In this document: positions 7,844-16,364 of the stretch, one piece after another | How positions within the stretch are numbered: the first letter of the stretch is position 1 | How the letters are laid out: each line of letters begins with the position of its first letter | IMG/VR virus record: IMGVR_UViG_3300017585_000161 | Span: 18,564 to 82,563 of that record | Direction: 5' to 3' (one strand) | DNA from: a virus | Taxonomy: Duplodnaviria; Caudoviricetes | DNA: 64,000 bases | Position numbers and translations under genes: made by a program | Notes under the pieces: model-generated | Databases searched by the model: none | Seen by the model: the letters and a program-made list of their open reading frames with translations, nothing else | Told to the model about the DNA's origin: nothing

Positions 7844-8131
7844 ATGAACATTTTTAGTTCTTTGAAAGCCTATGCAGGCAAGTGGTTAGTAACTAACTCT
7901 CGTAACTTCACCGATGAAGAGCAAAAAGCGGTACGCTCCTGCTCAGTAGTAGCTTCCCGAGCAGGGTACGGCAATTCAGCTTGCTTTATTATGGTCTCTG
8001 GCGAAATGAAATTTATTCCTATGTCCCAGGACTCGACCCTTGCAGTAGGTGATGTAGTTGACATGTCGTCTGCAAGACTTCTCACACTGTCACGCGCAGG
8101 AGAAGCGGACATCTATCGTGTAAGCATCTAA
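7844..8131 (+). CDS. Early paralog family, copy 3
   Basis: MNIFSSLKAYAGKW...GEADIYRVSI. Confidence 0.85.
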   Translation: MNIFSSLKAYAGKWLVTNSRNFTDEEQKAVRSCSVVASRAGYGNSACFIMVSGEMKFIPMSQDSTLAVGDVVDMSSARLLTLSRAGEADIYRVSI

Positions 8132-8143
8132 TCATCAGCCTCT

Positions 8144-8191
8144 AACAGCCTTTGAGAGAATAGTAAAATCTCTCATTGGCTGTTCTTTTTT
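8144..8191 (+). terminator. Intrinsic terminator
   Basis: AACAGCC...GAGAGAATAGTAAAATCTCTC...GGCTGTT-CTTTTTT. Confidence 0.7.
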
Positions 8192-8256
8192 GAGCCTTTA
8201 AGACTGAAGCAATAATATGTAATTTTTTTTAAAAATAGGCTTGGTTTATACTCTAA

Positions 8257-8379
8257 ATGATCTATATCCTCTTGGACCAGTATGGGCGCATAATGGAAGC
8301 CTCCTCTGATTACCAGAAGCTCTATTCCCGCTATTTAAGAAACCCCAAATGGACCATCAAATACGCCTGGCAGCCATAG
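8257..8379 (+). CDS. Putative microprotein (40 aa)
   Basis: Manual translation MIYILLDQYGRIMEASSDYQKLYSRYLRNPKWTIKYAWQP*. Confidence 0.45.
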   Translation: MIYILLDQYGRIMEASSDYQKLYSRYLRNPKWTIKYAWQP

Positions 8380-8454
8380 CCTGTTCGGTAAAAACAGTGA
8401 TGGTAACAGTAACAGGGCAGCATTGAATAAAACAATTAAAACAATCAAAACACT

Positions 8455-8595
8455 ATGACAACTTACATCGAAAAAGTGGCGGTATGCATGTTCTCGCACG
8501 CCACAGGCAAGGCAGACCTTTATCTGCTCAACCATAAGAAAACGGACAGGCGCTCCCTGTTCAAGTCCCAAACCTCTAAAGCGCTAAGGCCATGA
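8455..8595 (+). CDS. Microprotein (46 aa)
   Basis: Manual translation MTTYIEKVAVCMFSHATGKADLYLL...; A-rich leader; ATGA overlap with the next ORF. Confidence 0.6.
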   Translation: MTTYIEKVAVCMFSHATGKADLYLLNHKKTDRRSLFKSQTSKALRP

Positions 8596-8756
8596 CAGCG
8601 AAGACAGCCGCAATCAGGGACATCAAGGCCGAGCTCAAAGAGACCTCAGCCTGCTTCCTCTTCTTTCACAGAGAGCTTGACCCAGTGATGAACGACCTTG
8701 TGCGGGACTACACGTCAGTGCAAGCCTCGCTTAACCATAAAACGCAGAAGCCATGA
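8592..8756 (+). CDS. Microprotein (54 aa)
   Basis: Manual translation MTAKTAAIRDIKAELKETSACFLFFHRELDP...; ATGA overlaps at both ends. Confidence 0.6.
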   Translation: MTAKTAAIRDIKAELKETSACFLFFHRELDPVMNDLVRDYTSVQASLNHKTQKP

Positions 8757-8845
8757 GCGCCGAGACCAAAGACACCCTCCTCTCAGGAGCCTGCTGCCTG
8801 CTTCTCGCCATCATGGCCTTGTTCTGCGTAATCATCTTCCATTGA
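8753..8845 (+). CDS. Single-TM microprotein (30 aa)
   Basis: MSAETKDTLLSGACCLLLAIMALFCVIIFH*; ATGA-coupled. Confidence 0.55.
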   Translation: MSAETKDTLLSGACCLLLAIMALFCVIIFH

Positions 8846-8921
8846 CGGCGGAAACCTAACACTTCCGCTTCAATCTTCTAACAGCCGCCTTAATACATTG
8901 GCTTATTATGTTTCAAACTCC

Positions 8922-8929
8922 TACCTTTG
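8922..8929 (+). promoter_or_regulatory. Bacteroidota -7 promoter element (TACCTTTG)
   Basis: TAnnTTTG match upstream of the structured leader and tRNA. Confidence 0.6.
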
Positions 8930-8970
8930 CGTCGGATTTACTCTTATAATTGCAATCTGGTAGGCATCAA

Positions 8971-9140
8971 AGTCCCGTCACGCGAAAGCGCAGCGGGACT
9001 CCTCTTGCGGGAAGACAAAGGGGGCAAGCCCTCATGAAAGAGAAGACAGGCGCGGTCTTCCGAGGGCAATCGCATAAACTCAGTCATAGAACATCGTGAA
9101 CATAAAGAACTCTTGTCATCCCCCACGCGCCCTTCCCGCA
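8971..9140 (+). ncRNA. Candidate pseudoknotted RNA directly 5' of the tRNA
   Basis: Hand-found helices: 8971-8977/8994-9000, 9006-9014/9132-9140, 9029-9033/9062-9066, 9042-9047/9055-9060. Loop 9049-9054 is complementary to 9126-9131. Confidence 0.5.
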
Positions 9141-9145
9141 TTTCA

Positions 9146-9219
9146 GGCTGGTTAGCTTAACAGCATAAAGCGGCTCTCTCCTAAAGAGCAGACTATGGGT
9201 TGGACTCCCATACCGGCCA
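9146..9219 (+). tRNA. tRNA-Arg (anticodon CCT), CCA not encoded
   Basis: Cloverleaf: acceptor GGCTGGT/ACCGGCC+A, D stem GCTT/AAGC, anticodon stem GCTCT/AGAGC with loop CT-CCT-AA, T stem ATGGG/CCCAT. Arg identity element A20 is present. Confidence 0.85.
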
Positions 9220-9495
9220 CGCTTTATTGATTCATAGTTTTAAATTTGTTTTAAAGGTTTTCATTTCTTTCAAAGAACATAGGTTTAGGTTGTTTTCAAT
9301 GGTAACACCTCCTTTCCGCCCCATGTGAATGGCGCGTGAGAGGACTTCCGGACTTTCGCTTTATTGGGTCCGGAAGCCGGGGCCTCCCCCCTCCGCCGCA
9401 ATCTCGGTTAGCGTTTTTTCCAACGGCGGAGAGGGGACCGCCCCTTTATCTGTAGCGAACACGGTGCTCTGAGCGCCTTACATACATATATTTAT

Positions 9496-9783
9496 ATGAC
9501 ACAACAAAGAAAATGGACAGAAGCTGAAGACAGTAGGCTTCTCCGTCAGGTTAAGGCTTTCCCGCAAAACCTAACAAAGTGCTTCATGATTGTCGGCGAG
9601 GAGCTTGACCGCACTCCCAAAAGTGTGGCGGCCCACTGGTATCAGAACCTCTCGAAGAGGCCTGACTCCATAGCCTTCTTCACAGTCTCGGAGCACCATA
9701 AGTCATTCAACCGCAAGAACGGCAAGGGCATACCCTCCACAAAGACGGTGTTCCGCCGCATCCTGAGACTCTTGGGCTTTTAA
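9496..9783 (+). CDS. Myb/SANT-like helix-turn-helix protein
   Basis: RKWTEAEDSRLLRQV...ELDRTPKSVAAHWYQNL fits the WTxEED..L...RT....W pattern. Confidence 0.65.
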   Translation: MTQQRKWTEAEDSRLLRQVKAFPQNLTKCFMIVGEELDRTPKSVAAHWYQNLSKRPDSIAFFTVSEHHKSFNRKNGKGIPSTKTVFRRILRLLGF

Positions 9784-9794
9784 ACTTATTAATC

Positions 9795-9941
9795 ATGGCA
9801 ACAGTTCATTTCCAGCTGCCTGACGGCTGTGAGCAGGTCATCAACATGACCCAAGTGCCCAACGGGGAGATACAGCAGGTCTGCAACGCTATCAAGCATG
9901 ACCTCCACGCCACCCGCTTTGACTACTTCATAGCCAGGTAA
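9795..9941 (+). CDS. Microprotein (48 aa)
   Basis: Manual translation MATVHFQLPDGCEQVINMTQVPNGEIQQVCNAIKHDLHATRFDYFIAR*. Confidence 0.6.
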   Translation: MATVHFQLPDGCEQVINMTQVPNGEIQQVCNAIKHDLHATRFDYFIAR

Positions 9942-9966
9942 GCTCTCGTTTTTTAACATTCACACT

Positions 9967-10188
9967 ATGAGCGACAAAACATTTTTGCTCCTGCTCATAT
10001 CCTTCGCCGTGCTGTGCAACCTGTACAGCCTCTACAGGAAGTACAGGCCGCACATAGCCACGGTAATCCTCCCATACAACCGCAGAAAGATTTTCTTCGA
10101 GTACTGGGAGCCTTACACGTGGCATGACAAGAACGGCAACAGGGTATGGTCGCGCAGGATTAAGCGCGTTTACCTGTTCACGTTATGA
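9967..10188 (+). CDS. Small membrane-anchored protein
   Basis: 73 aa with an N-terminal hydrophobic helix; ATGA overlap with the next gene. Confidence 0.65.
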   Translation: MSDKTFLLLLISFAVLCNLYSLYRKYRPHIATVILPYNRRKIFFEYWEPYTWHDKNGNRVWSRRIKRVYLFTL

Positions 10189-10439
10189 CAAGACAAGACC
10201 TTTTAGAACTTCTCCAGCTGTGGGACGGCAGGCTCGCCTCCTACAGGGAAGACCGCTCTGACTACGCCTCAGGCTACAGGGACGCCCTCCGGGAGTGCCT
10301 TGACGACATTCTCTGCGGAGAAGTCCCCGTGGAGCAGTCCCCTGACTTCCTTCCTCCTGACGAGACCAAGAGCTACGTTGAGAAGCAGGAGGCTGACAGA
10401 TGGCTCTCATCCGTTGAAGCCCATGAAAGGACAGTATAA
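10185..10439 (+). CDS. Hypothetical protein
   Basis: 84-aa ORF with the same codon style as its neighbours. Confidence 0.7.
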   Translation: MTRQDLLELLQLWDGRLASYREDRSDYASGYRDALRECLDDILCGEVPVEQSPDFLPPDETKSYVEKQEADRWLSSVEAHERTV

Positions 10440-10458
10440 ACAGTAATGAAAAGCATAT

Positions 10459-11661
10459 ATGACAAGACAAGATGTCTATACCTCGGCTCTTGAGAGCTTC
10501 AGGCGCAACAAGTGCGTGGCTCTTGAGCTGGCCACAGGCTTCGGCAAGTCAAAGATGGCCGTTGACCTCTGCAACACCCTGTGCTCCCGGAAGCCGCGCC
10601 TTAAAATCCTCCTCCTTGTGGCCAAGACGGTCCACAAGCAGAACTGGCTTGACGAAATCCGCAAGTGGGGAGGCTTCAAAAACTCCCCTGACCTCACTAT
10701 TGAGTGCTACGAGTCTTTGAAGAAGCACGCCGGCGAGACCTTTGACATAGCGGTGGCTGACGAGGCCCACCACCTCAAGTCAGAGCTTCGCCAAGACCTG
10801 TTCAAGACTCTCAAGATCAGGGAAAGGGTGCTGCTTCTCTCAGCCACGTTCCCCAAGTCCTTGAGGCTGTGGCTCAAGTTCTTCCTGCACGCCGACTTCA
10901 TCAAGGCCTCCTTGCAGGATGCCATCACCGATGACGTGCTCCCTGAGCCTGAGATTATCCTCTTTCCCCTTGACCTTGACAACAAAGCCGAGACTCAAGT
11001 GGTTGAGATTAACCCCAAGGTCAAGGGGCAGGTCTTCACAGGCAGTTACGCTGTTGACTACTGGAGGTTCAAGAAGCAGAAAGTCCACGCCAAGCTCCGC
11101 GCCACCAAGAGGCAGTACCTCCAGTGGATAAACAATGAGATTCTCTATTGCAAGAACTCCTGGGAGAGGACTCACTTTGAGGGAATGAAGTTCAAGTGGC
11201 TCCACCTCTGCGACCAGAGGCTCAAGTTCCTCGCCAACTCCAAGAACGGCTTTGTCCAGAGGCTCCTTCATGTCCTGCGTGACAAGAGGACTCTCACCTT
11301 CTGCAAGTCCATAGAGCAGTCAGAGCTGCTCGGCAAGTACTGCATCCACTCGAAGAACAGCGACGCAGGGCTGCATCTGAACCTCTTTAACAAGGGGGCT
11401 ATAAGCCACATTACCGCCTGCCAGGTCCTCAACGAGGGAGTCAACCTCACAGACTGCCAGTACGGCATCTTCGCCAACCTTAACGCCTCGGAGACGGTGC
11501 AGGTGCAGCGCACAGGCAGGCTCTTGAGGCACAAGCATCCCGTAATCATCATCCCCTACTACAGGAACACCCGTGAGGAGGAGATTATGGAGAAGATGAC
11601 CGAAGGCTATGACAAGAGCCTTGTCAGAACATGCCAAACACTAAATGACATCATCAAATGA
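10459..11661 (+). CDS. Superfamily 2 (DEAH) helicase
   Basis: Walker A LATGFGKS, motif II DEAHH, motif III SAT, LNEGVN, motif VI QRTGRLLR. Confidence 0.9.
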   Translation: MTRQDVYTSALESFRRNKCVALELATGFGKSKMAVDLCNTLCSRKPRLKILLLVAKTVHKQNWLDEIRKWGGFKNSPDLTIECYESLKKHAGETFDIAVADEAHHLKSELRQDLFKTLKIRERVLLLSATFPKSLRLWLKFFLHADFIKASLQDAITDDVLPEPEIILFPLDLDNKAETQVVEINPKVKGQVFTGSYAVDYWRFKKQKVHAKLRATKRQYLQWINNEILYCKNSWERTHFEGMKFKWLHLCDQRLKFLANSKNGFVQRLLHVLRDKRTLTFCKSIEQSELLGKYCIHSKNSDAGLHLNLFNKGAISHITACQVLNEGVNLTDCQYGIFANLNASETVQVQRTGRLLRHKHPVIIIPYYRNTREEEIMEKMTEGYDKSLVRTCQTLNDIIK

Positions 11662-12269
11662 AAATCACTATTGACGAAAAGCTCTGCACAAGGCATCATC
11701 TCACCCCCGCGCAGCTGCTGCTGCTCCTTTCCATAAGGGAGGGCAGCCTCGCGGGCACTGTTGATGAGCTTGTTGACAGGCAGGTCCTGGTCAAGACCGA
11801 CACTGGCAACTATCTTGTTACCCAGCATTGGAACGACGAGGTTGACGAGATTCTCGCTGACTCGGCGGGCCTTGCCACTGACGAGGAGTGGCTCGCAAGT
11901 CTCGCAAAGGACTTCGCGAAGACATTTCCGCAGGGCAAGATGCCCGGCACCGCGTATTATTACCGCTGCAACACCCGCGAGCTTGTCCTCAGGTTCAAGA
12001 AGTTCTTTGCCACGCACCCTGAGTACAAGCCCTCGGACGCTGTCAGGAAGCGCATCATTGACGCGGCTAAGAGGTACAACCTTGAAAAGGACAATGACCC
12101 TAAGTTCAGGACGCTCTCAAAGTACTTCATCTTCAAGAACAAGCTCGTCACTGACGAGGACGGCTCTGGGCATTTTGAGGAGACCTCCCTTTTGGCTGAC
12201 TATCTTCAGAACGAGGGGCAGGAGAACGCCGTCCCTGCGGACGACTGGTTCAATTTCACAAGAAACTAA
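11658..12269 (+). CDS. Hypothetical protein, possibly a replication initiator or helicase loader
   Basis: 203 aa, ATGA-coupled to the helicase, with an N-terminal HTH-like segment. The function is inferred from position only. Confidence 0.55.
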   Translation: MKITIDEKLCTRHHLTPAQLLLLLSIREGSLAGTVDELVDRQVLVKTDTGNYLVTQHWNDEVDEILADSAGLATDEEWLASLAKDFAKTFPQGKMPGTAYYYRCNTRELVLRFKKFFATHPEYKPSDAVRKRIIDAAKRYNLEKDNDPKFRTLSKYFIFKNKLVTDEDGSGHFEETSLLADYLQNEGQENAVPADDWFNFTRN

Positions 12270-12280
12270 CTCTTTAGATT

Positions 12281-12766
12281 ATGGTTAATCACAAGTATTT
12301 CAACGAGTCGAAAATCAAGTGCAAGTTCACGGGCAAGTCCGTTGACATCTACGGGAGATGCACTGTCTGCGCTCTCTCAGGCGAGATTCTCGTGCCTGAC
12401 TACCTGCCTGAGCCGGTGGTAAGCTGGGTGGTGAACCATCCTTCGGCCAAGACGGGATTCGTAAGGGACAGCGATATTCCCTTGGGGTTCTCCCACGGGA
12501 AAGCGGTGTTCACTGTGAAGGCCAAAGCTGTGAGAAACAAGAAGGACAAGCCTGACCATGACTTGGGTGTCCGTCTTGCCGAGAGCAGAGCCAAGAAGAA
12601 GGCCTACAACCTGTGCCGCACGCTGTGCGAGAAGATTGTTGCCTCCCTTGAGGACCAGTACAGGCAGTATAACGAAGGGTCGCGCAAGTTCTCGCGATTC
12701 ATGGAGAAGGAGCTGGAGCGCCAGCAGCAGCTGCTTGGCAAGCCCCCTTACACAATACACATATAG
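12281..12766 (+). CDS. Hypothetical protein
   Basis: 161-aa ORF containing KAVRNKKDKPDHDLGVRLAESRA. Confidence 0.7.
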   Translation: MVNHKYFNESKIKCKFTGKSVDIYGRCTVCALSGEILVPDYLPEPVVSWVVNHPSAKTGFVRDSDIPLGFSHGKAVFTVKAKAVRNKKDKPDHDLGVRLAESRAKKKAYNLCRTLCEKIVASLEDQYRQYNEGSRKFSRFMEKELERQQQLLGKPPYTIHI

Positions 12767-12778
12767 ACCGTACAGTTT

Positions 12779-13921
12779 ATGAGTTTGATTGACAGAGTGC
12801 TCAGCAACCTTGAGCAGAGGAGGAGGAGAGTCCTTGAGGGAGGCATAAACTGCATCCCCCTGCCCTTTCCCTCTTTCCGCAGGGACTTTCCCGGCATAGA
12901 GCAAGGCAAGTTTTACCTTGTGTCAGGCTCAAGCAAGGGAGGCAAGAGCCAGCTGACCAACTTCCTGTTCCTCTATACCCCAATCCTGTATGCCTACAAC
13001 CATCCTGACCAGGTAAGGGTGCAGGTGTTCTATTACGCTTTGGAGGAAGCCGTGGAAAAGGTCACTCTCAGGTTCATGTCTTATCTCCTCTACACCATGT
13101 CAGACTTCAGAATCAGAATATCGCCATTGGACTTGCAGTCCGTAAACTCCAACAAGGCGGTGGATGAGAGGATATTGAAGATACTGCACAGCCTTGAGTA
13201 CCAAAGCGTATTGAGGTTCTTCGAGGAACATGTGCACTTCATGAGCGCGAGACATCCTACCGGATACTGGAAAGACCTTGACGGGTACGCTGCGGAAGCG
13301 GGGACAATCCACCGGAAGAACGTGGTGATAGAGAACAAGGAGACTGGCGTGAGGCAGGAAAGGGAAGTCTTTGACTATTATGAGCCGAAGGACAAGAACG
13401 AGTATGTAATATCCATTTGGGACCATGCGGGACTTACGGCCAATGAGGCTAACAGCAGCATCAAGGACAAGAGCCTCAAGGGAGCCATAGACAAACTGAC
13501 TGAATATCACATGATTGTTAGGAACAAGTATAATTATATCCCTGTCATGGTGATTCAGCAAAACTCCGAGACGTTAAGTCTTGACGCTTTCAAGTCCAAT
13601 AAGATAAGACCCACCTTTAACGGCATTGCGGATTCCAAGGACCCTGGCAAGGCATGTTCAATGATGCTGGGTATCACCAATCCCTTCTCCTTTGAGCTGC
13701 CCCGCTATCCCAACACCTCCAACGGCTATGACATAACCAAGCTGCGGGGCTACGCGAGGTTCCTGGAGGTGGTTCTCAACAGGGAGGGAGAGAGCAACGG
13801 CATGATCGGGCTGTACTTTGACGGCGCGACAAACTTCTTCACGCCTTTGCCTTCCCCCAATGACACCGTGAAGCTCCAGAAAGTCTATAACCTAATAGCC
13901 AGCCATAGCAGAGCTAACTGA
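12779..13921 (+). CDS. dnaB: DnaB-like replicative helicase
   Basis: Walker A GSSKGGKSQ, FYYALEE, Walker B ISIWDH, VMVIQQ and FLEVVLNREG motifs. Confidence 0.85.
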   Translation: MSLIDRVLSNLEQRRRRVLEGGINCIPLPFPSFRRDFPGIEQGKFYLVSGSSKGGKSQLTNFLFLYTPILYAYNHPDQVRVQVFYYALEEAVEKVTLRFMSYLLYTMSDFRIRISPLDLQSVNSNKAVDERILKILHSLEYQSVLRFFEEHVHFMSARHPTGYWKDLDGYAAEAGTIHRKNVVIENKETGVRQEREVFDYYEPKDKNEYVISIWDHAGLTANEANSSIKDKSLKGAIDKLTEYHMIVRNKYNYIPVMVIQQNSETLSLDAFKSNKIRPTFNGIADSKDPGKACSMMLGITNPFSFELPRYPNTSNGYDITKLRGYARFLEVVLNREGESNGMIGLYFDGATNFFTPLPSPNDTVKLQKVYNLIASHSRAN

Positions 13922-13979
13922 GTCACTTCAATCTTTTAACTAACATCAAAACAACGTTCCGCCGGTGAGGGCATAGCTG

Positions 13980-13987
13980 TACCTTTG
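13980..13987 (+). promoter_or_regulatory. Bacteroidota -7 promoter element (TACCTTTG)
   Basis: TAnnTTTG match 30 nt upstream of the ATG at 14018. Confidence 0.65.
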
Positions 13988-14017
13988 CGGCGGACACTGA
14001 AAAGAGTAGAAAAAATT

Positions 14018-14839
14018 ATGGCAAACATCGTACTGCCTACGGAACGTAGGAAAGCGCAGAATTACAACCCGAAGTTCATAATATTCTTCGGAAAGCCCAA
14101 GAGTGGCAAGTCATCCGTCATGGCCTCTCTTGACTCAAACCTCATCATTGACCTTGAGGACGGATACCGCGCCCTTGATGTCATGGTTCTTCAAGCCCAT
14201 GACGTGAGCGCCCTGTTCAGCATAGAGAAGGCCATTGAGGAGAAGACAAAGGCTGACGGCAAGCAGCCTTACCGTTTCATCACCATTGACAACGCCACAC
14301 GCCTTGAGGAGCTTGCCCTCCCTTATGCGGCTCATCTTTACAGGCAGTCTCCCATGGGGGCTGGCTGGGGCTTCCTCAAGGACAAGGTGGGGCTTCCCGT
14401 GAAGGACAAGAGCGGCAGGCCCGTCCCAGACCCCAAGGCTGACGTGAGGCAGCTTCCTAACGGAGCCGGCTATCTTTATCTCAGGCAGGCTGTGAGGAAG
14501 ATGATAGACATGTTCAAGCCTCTCTGTGACACCCTCATCCTTGTGGCTCATGTGAAAGACAAGCAAATCAAGAAGGACGGCGAGGAAATGTCGGAAATGG
14601 CGGTTGACCTCGCAGGCAAGCTCTCTGACATAATCTGCGGAGAGGCTGACGCCATAGGCTACATCTACCGTGACGGCAACAAGACCCTTGTCTCCTTTGA
14701 AGGCGGTGACAACACCATAAGGGAGGCGCGTCCCCTGCATCTCAGGGGAAAGAAGTTCGTCGTAGCCGAGTCTGACGCTGACAACAACCTCAAGGTTGAC
14801 ATGTCTCAGATATTCCTTGACACGGACAAGCAGAACTAA
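14018..14839 (+). CDS. Sak4-like/AAA_24 P-loop ATPase (putative ssDNA-annealing recombinase)
   Basis: Walker A GKPKSGKS, IIDLEDG, Walker B ITIDNAT, LVAHVKDK. ATG 14018 is preferred over the TTG at 13985, which overlaps the promoter. Confidence 0.8.
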   Translation: MANIVLPTERRKAQNYNPKFIIFFGKPKSGKSSVMASLDSNLIIDLEDGYRALDVMVLQAHDVSALFSIEKAIEEKTKADGKQPYRFITIDNATRLEELALPYAAHLYRQSPMGAGWGFLKDKVGLPVKDKSGRPVPDPKADVRQLPNGAGYLYLRQAVRKMIDMFKPLCDTLILVAHVKDKQIKKDGEEMSEMAVDLAGKLSDIICGEADAIGYIYRDGNKTLVSFEGGDNTIREARPLHLRGKKFVVAESDADNNLKVDMSQIFLDTDKQN

Positions 14840-14887
14840 TAACCATTAAAGACAATTCAGTTCAATAACATTTAATTTAAGGCAAAA

Positions 14888-15349
14888 ATGGAAAAGATTA
14901 TCACAACCCGCCAGTGGGCCACAGTCAAGAGGATGGCCCAGAGTGTCCAACCCTTAGTGCAGAGGAAGCAGAGGCTCCAGAGCCAGATAGCAGGCATGAT
15001 TGAGGAGTACAAGTCCCTCGACGTCCAGATCTCAGGCTTTGAGCAGGGCATCAAGGCTCTCTGCGGAGGACTCGGCACAGAGCAGCTTGTCTGCCGTGTG
15101 GTCACTCCTCTTGAGGGCAGGTTTGACAAGGACGGCAAACAGCTCAGGAAAGTCACATACGAGCCGAGCTCAAACGTGCGCTACAACGCTGAGGCCAACA
15201 ACTACACCATCCTCATCCCTGAGCCTGGGGAGGAGCAGCCTTCGCAGCCTTCGGAAAACAACAATGAAGAGGCTGCAGCTGAAATCCCACAGGAAGGGCA
15301 GCCTTCAGAGGACAAAAATGACAACGGGTTAGAGTATTCATTTAACTGA
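14888..15349 (+). CDS. Coiled-coil hypothetical protein with an acidic tail
   Basis: 153-aa ORF. Confidence 0.75.
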   Translation: MEKIITTRQWATVKRMAQSVQPLVQRKQRLQSQIAGMIEEYKSLDVQISGFEQGIKALCGGLGTEQLVCRVVTPLEGRFDKDGKQLRKVTYEPSSNVRYNAEANNYTILIPEPGEEQPSQPSENNNEEAAAEIPQEGQPSEDKNDNGLEYSFN

Positions 15350-15419
15350 TTACCATAACAGTTTGAATAACAGTGTTTTTACACTTAATTTATAAACAAT
15401 TCTAAACATTTTAAGCAAC

Positions 15420-16313
15420 ATGCAAAGTTACAGTTTTCTTGCCATAGGCAAGACACATGAGTCCAAAGAGTCCTTTAACGGAAAGCGTTACATCGGAGTG
15501 GGTTCCTCTTACGTCATCGCGGTGAACCCTGACAAGGAGGAGCTTGAGCGGATTTTCGGCAATGAGCAGGCCAACGACCCTGTCTATGTGCAGGACGGCG
15601 CTGAAGTGCCCACAGTGCGCATTGACTTCATCGTCAAGACCGACCCTGAGCAGTGCGGAGGCGTTGAGGCCGTCAACCGCGCCACCTTCTTCCTTCATAA
15701 CGAGCCTGCCTATAATAATGACAAGACAAAGGTGCAGGTCATTGACGAGTACGGCAACTCCACATGGGCTCTCGTCGAGGACGCGAAGATGGGCAAGCGC
15801 ATACAGCGCAACGGAGTTGATGTCAAATTGGCTCCCAAGTACAGGATGGCCTGCCGTGGAGAGGCTGACCTCATCGACTTCCTCAAGAACTACCTGGGTG
15901 TGGAGGACGCCTTCAACTATGTCAACGGCTCATGGGTGATGAAGGACGGCAACCTTGATGACTACAAGTTCTTCCTTGAGAACCTCAAGGACTACTTCAA
16001 GGGCGATGTCTCTGAGCTCAAGGAGGCTCTGAAGCTCCAGCCTAACAACAAGATCAAGCTCCTTTATGGTGTCCGCACCACTGAGAACGGGCAGTATCAG
16101 ACAGTATGCACCCGCAACGGCATGACGCTGCGCAACAACGCGGGTTCCAAAGGCTTGGCTCGCCTGGAGAGGCAGATGGCTTCTCTCAGCTCGCAAAACA
16201 CCGAGTATCGCGTATGCCCTCTTCAGGAGTATGTGACAAGTTCCACTGACCTCAACGCTCCTGTGGAGGCTGCCTCAGCTGGCGCAGCATCTGAGGAGAT
16301 GCCTTGGGACTGA
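15420..16313 (+). CDS. Putative ssDNA-binding protein
   Basis: Lies between the recombinase and the primase, is beta-rich, and has an SSB-like acidic/aromatic C-terminus (SEEMPWD). Confidence 0.55.
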   Translation: MQSYSFLAIGKTHESKESFNGKRYIGVGSSYVIAVNPDKEELERIFGNEQANDPVYVQDGAEVPTVRIDFIVKTDPEQCGGVEAVNRATFFLHNEPAYNNDKTKVQVIDEYGNSTWALVEDAKMGKRIQRNGVDVKLAPKYRMACRGEADLIDFLKNYLGVEDAFNYVNGSWVMKDGNLDDYKFFLENLKDYFKGDVSELKEALKLQPNNKIKLLYGVRTTENGQYQTVCTRNGMTLRNNAGSKGLARLERQMASLSSQNTEYRVCPLQEYVTSSTDLNAPVEAASAGAASEEMPWD

Positions 16314-16364
16314 CCCTGTTCGCAGCTTACGGCCCAGCTGATGTCTTAACTTGCAGTTTCTCTT

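Noticed and set aside
8971-9219. tmRNA, or a theta (HDV-like) ribozyme beside the tRNA
   Set aside because: The tRNA has a full D-arm and anticodon arm, there is no tag ORF ending in ALAA, and the sequence 3' of the tRNA is AT-rich with no P1/P3 pattern.
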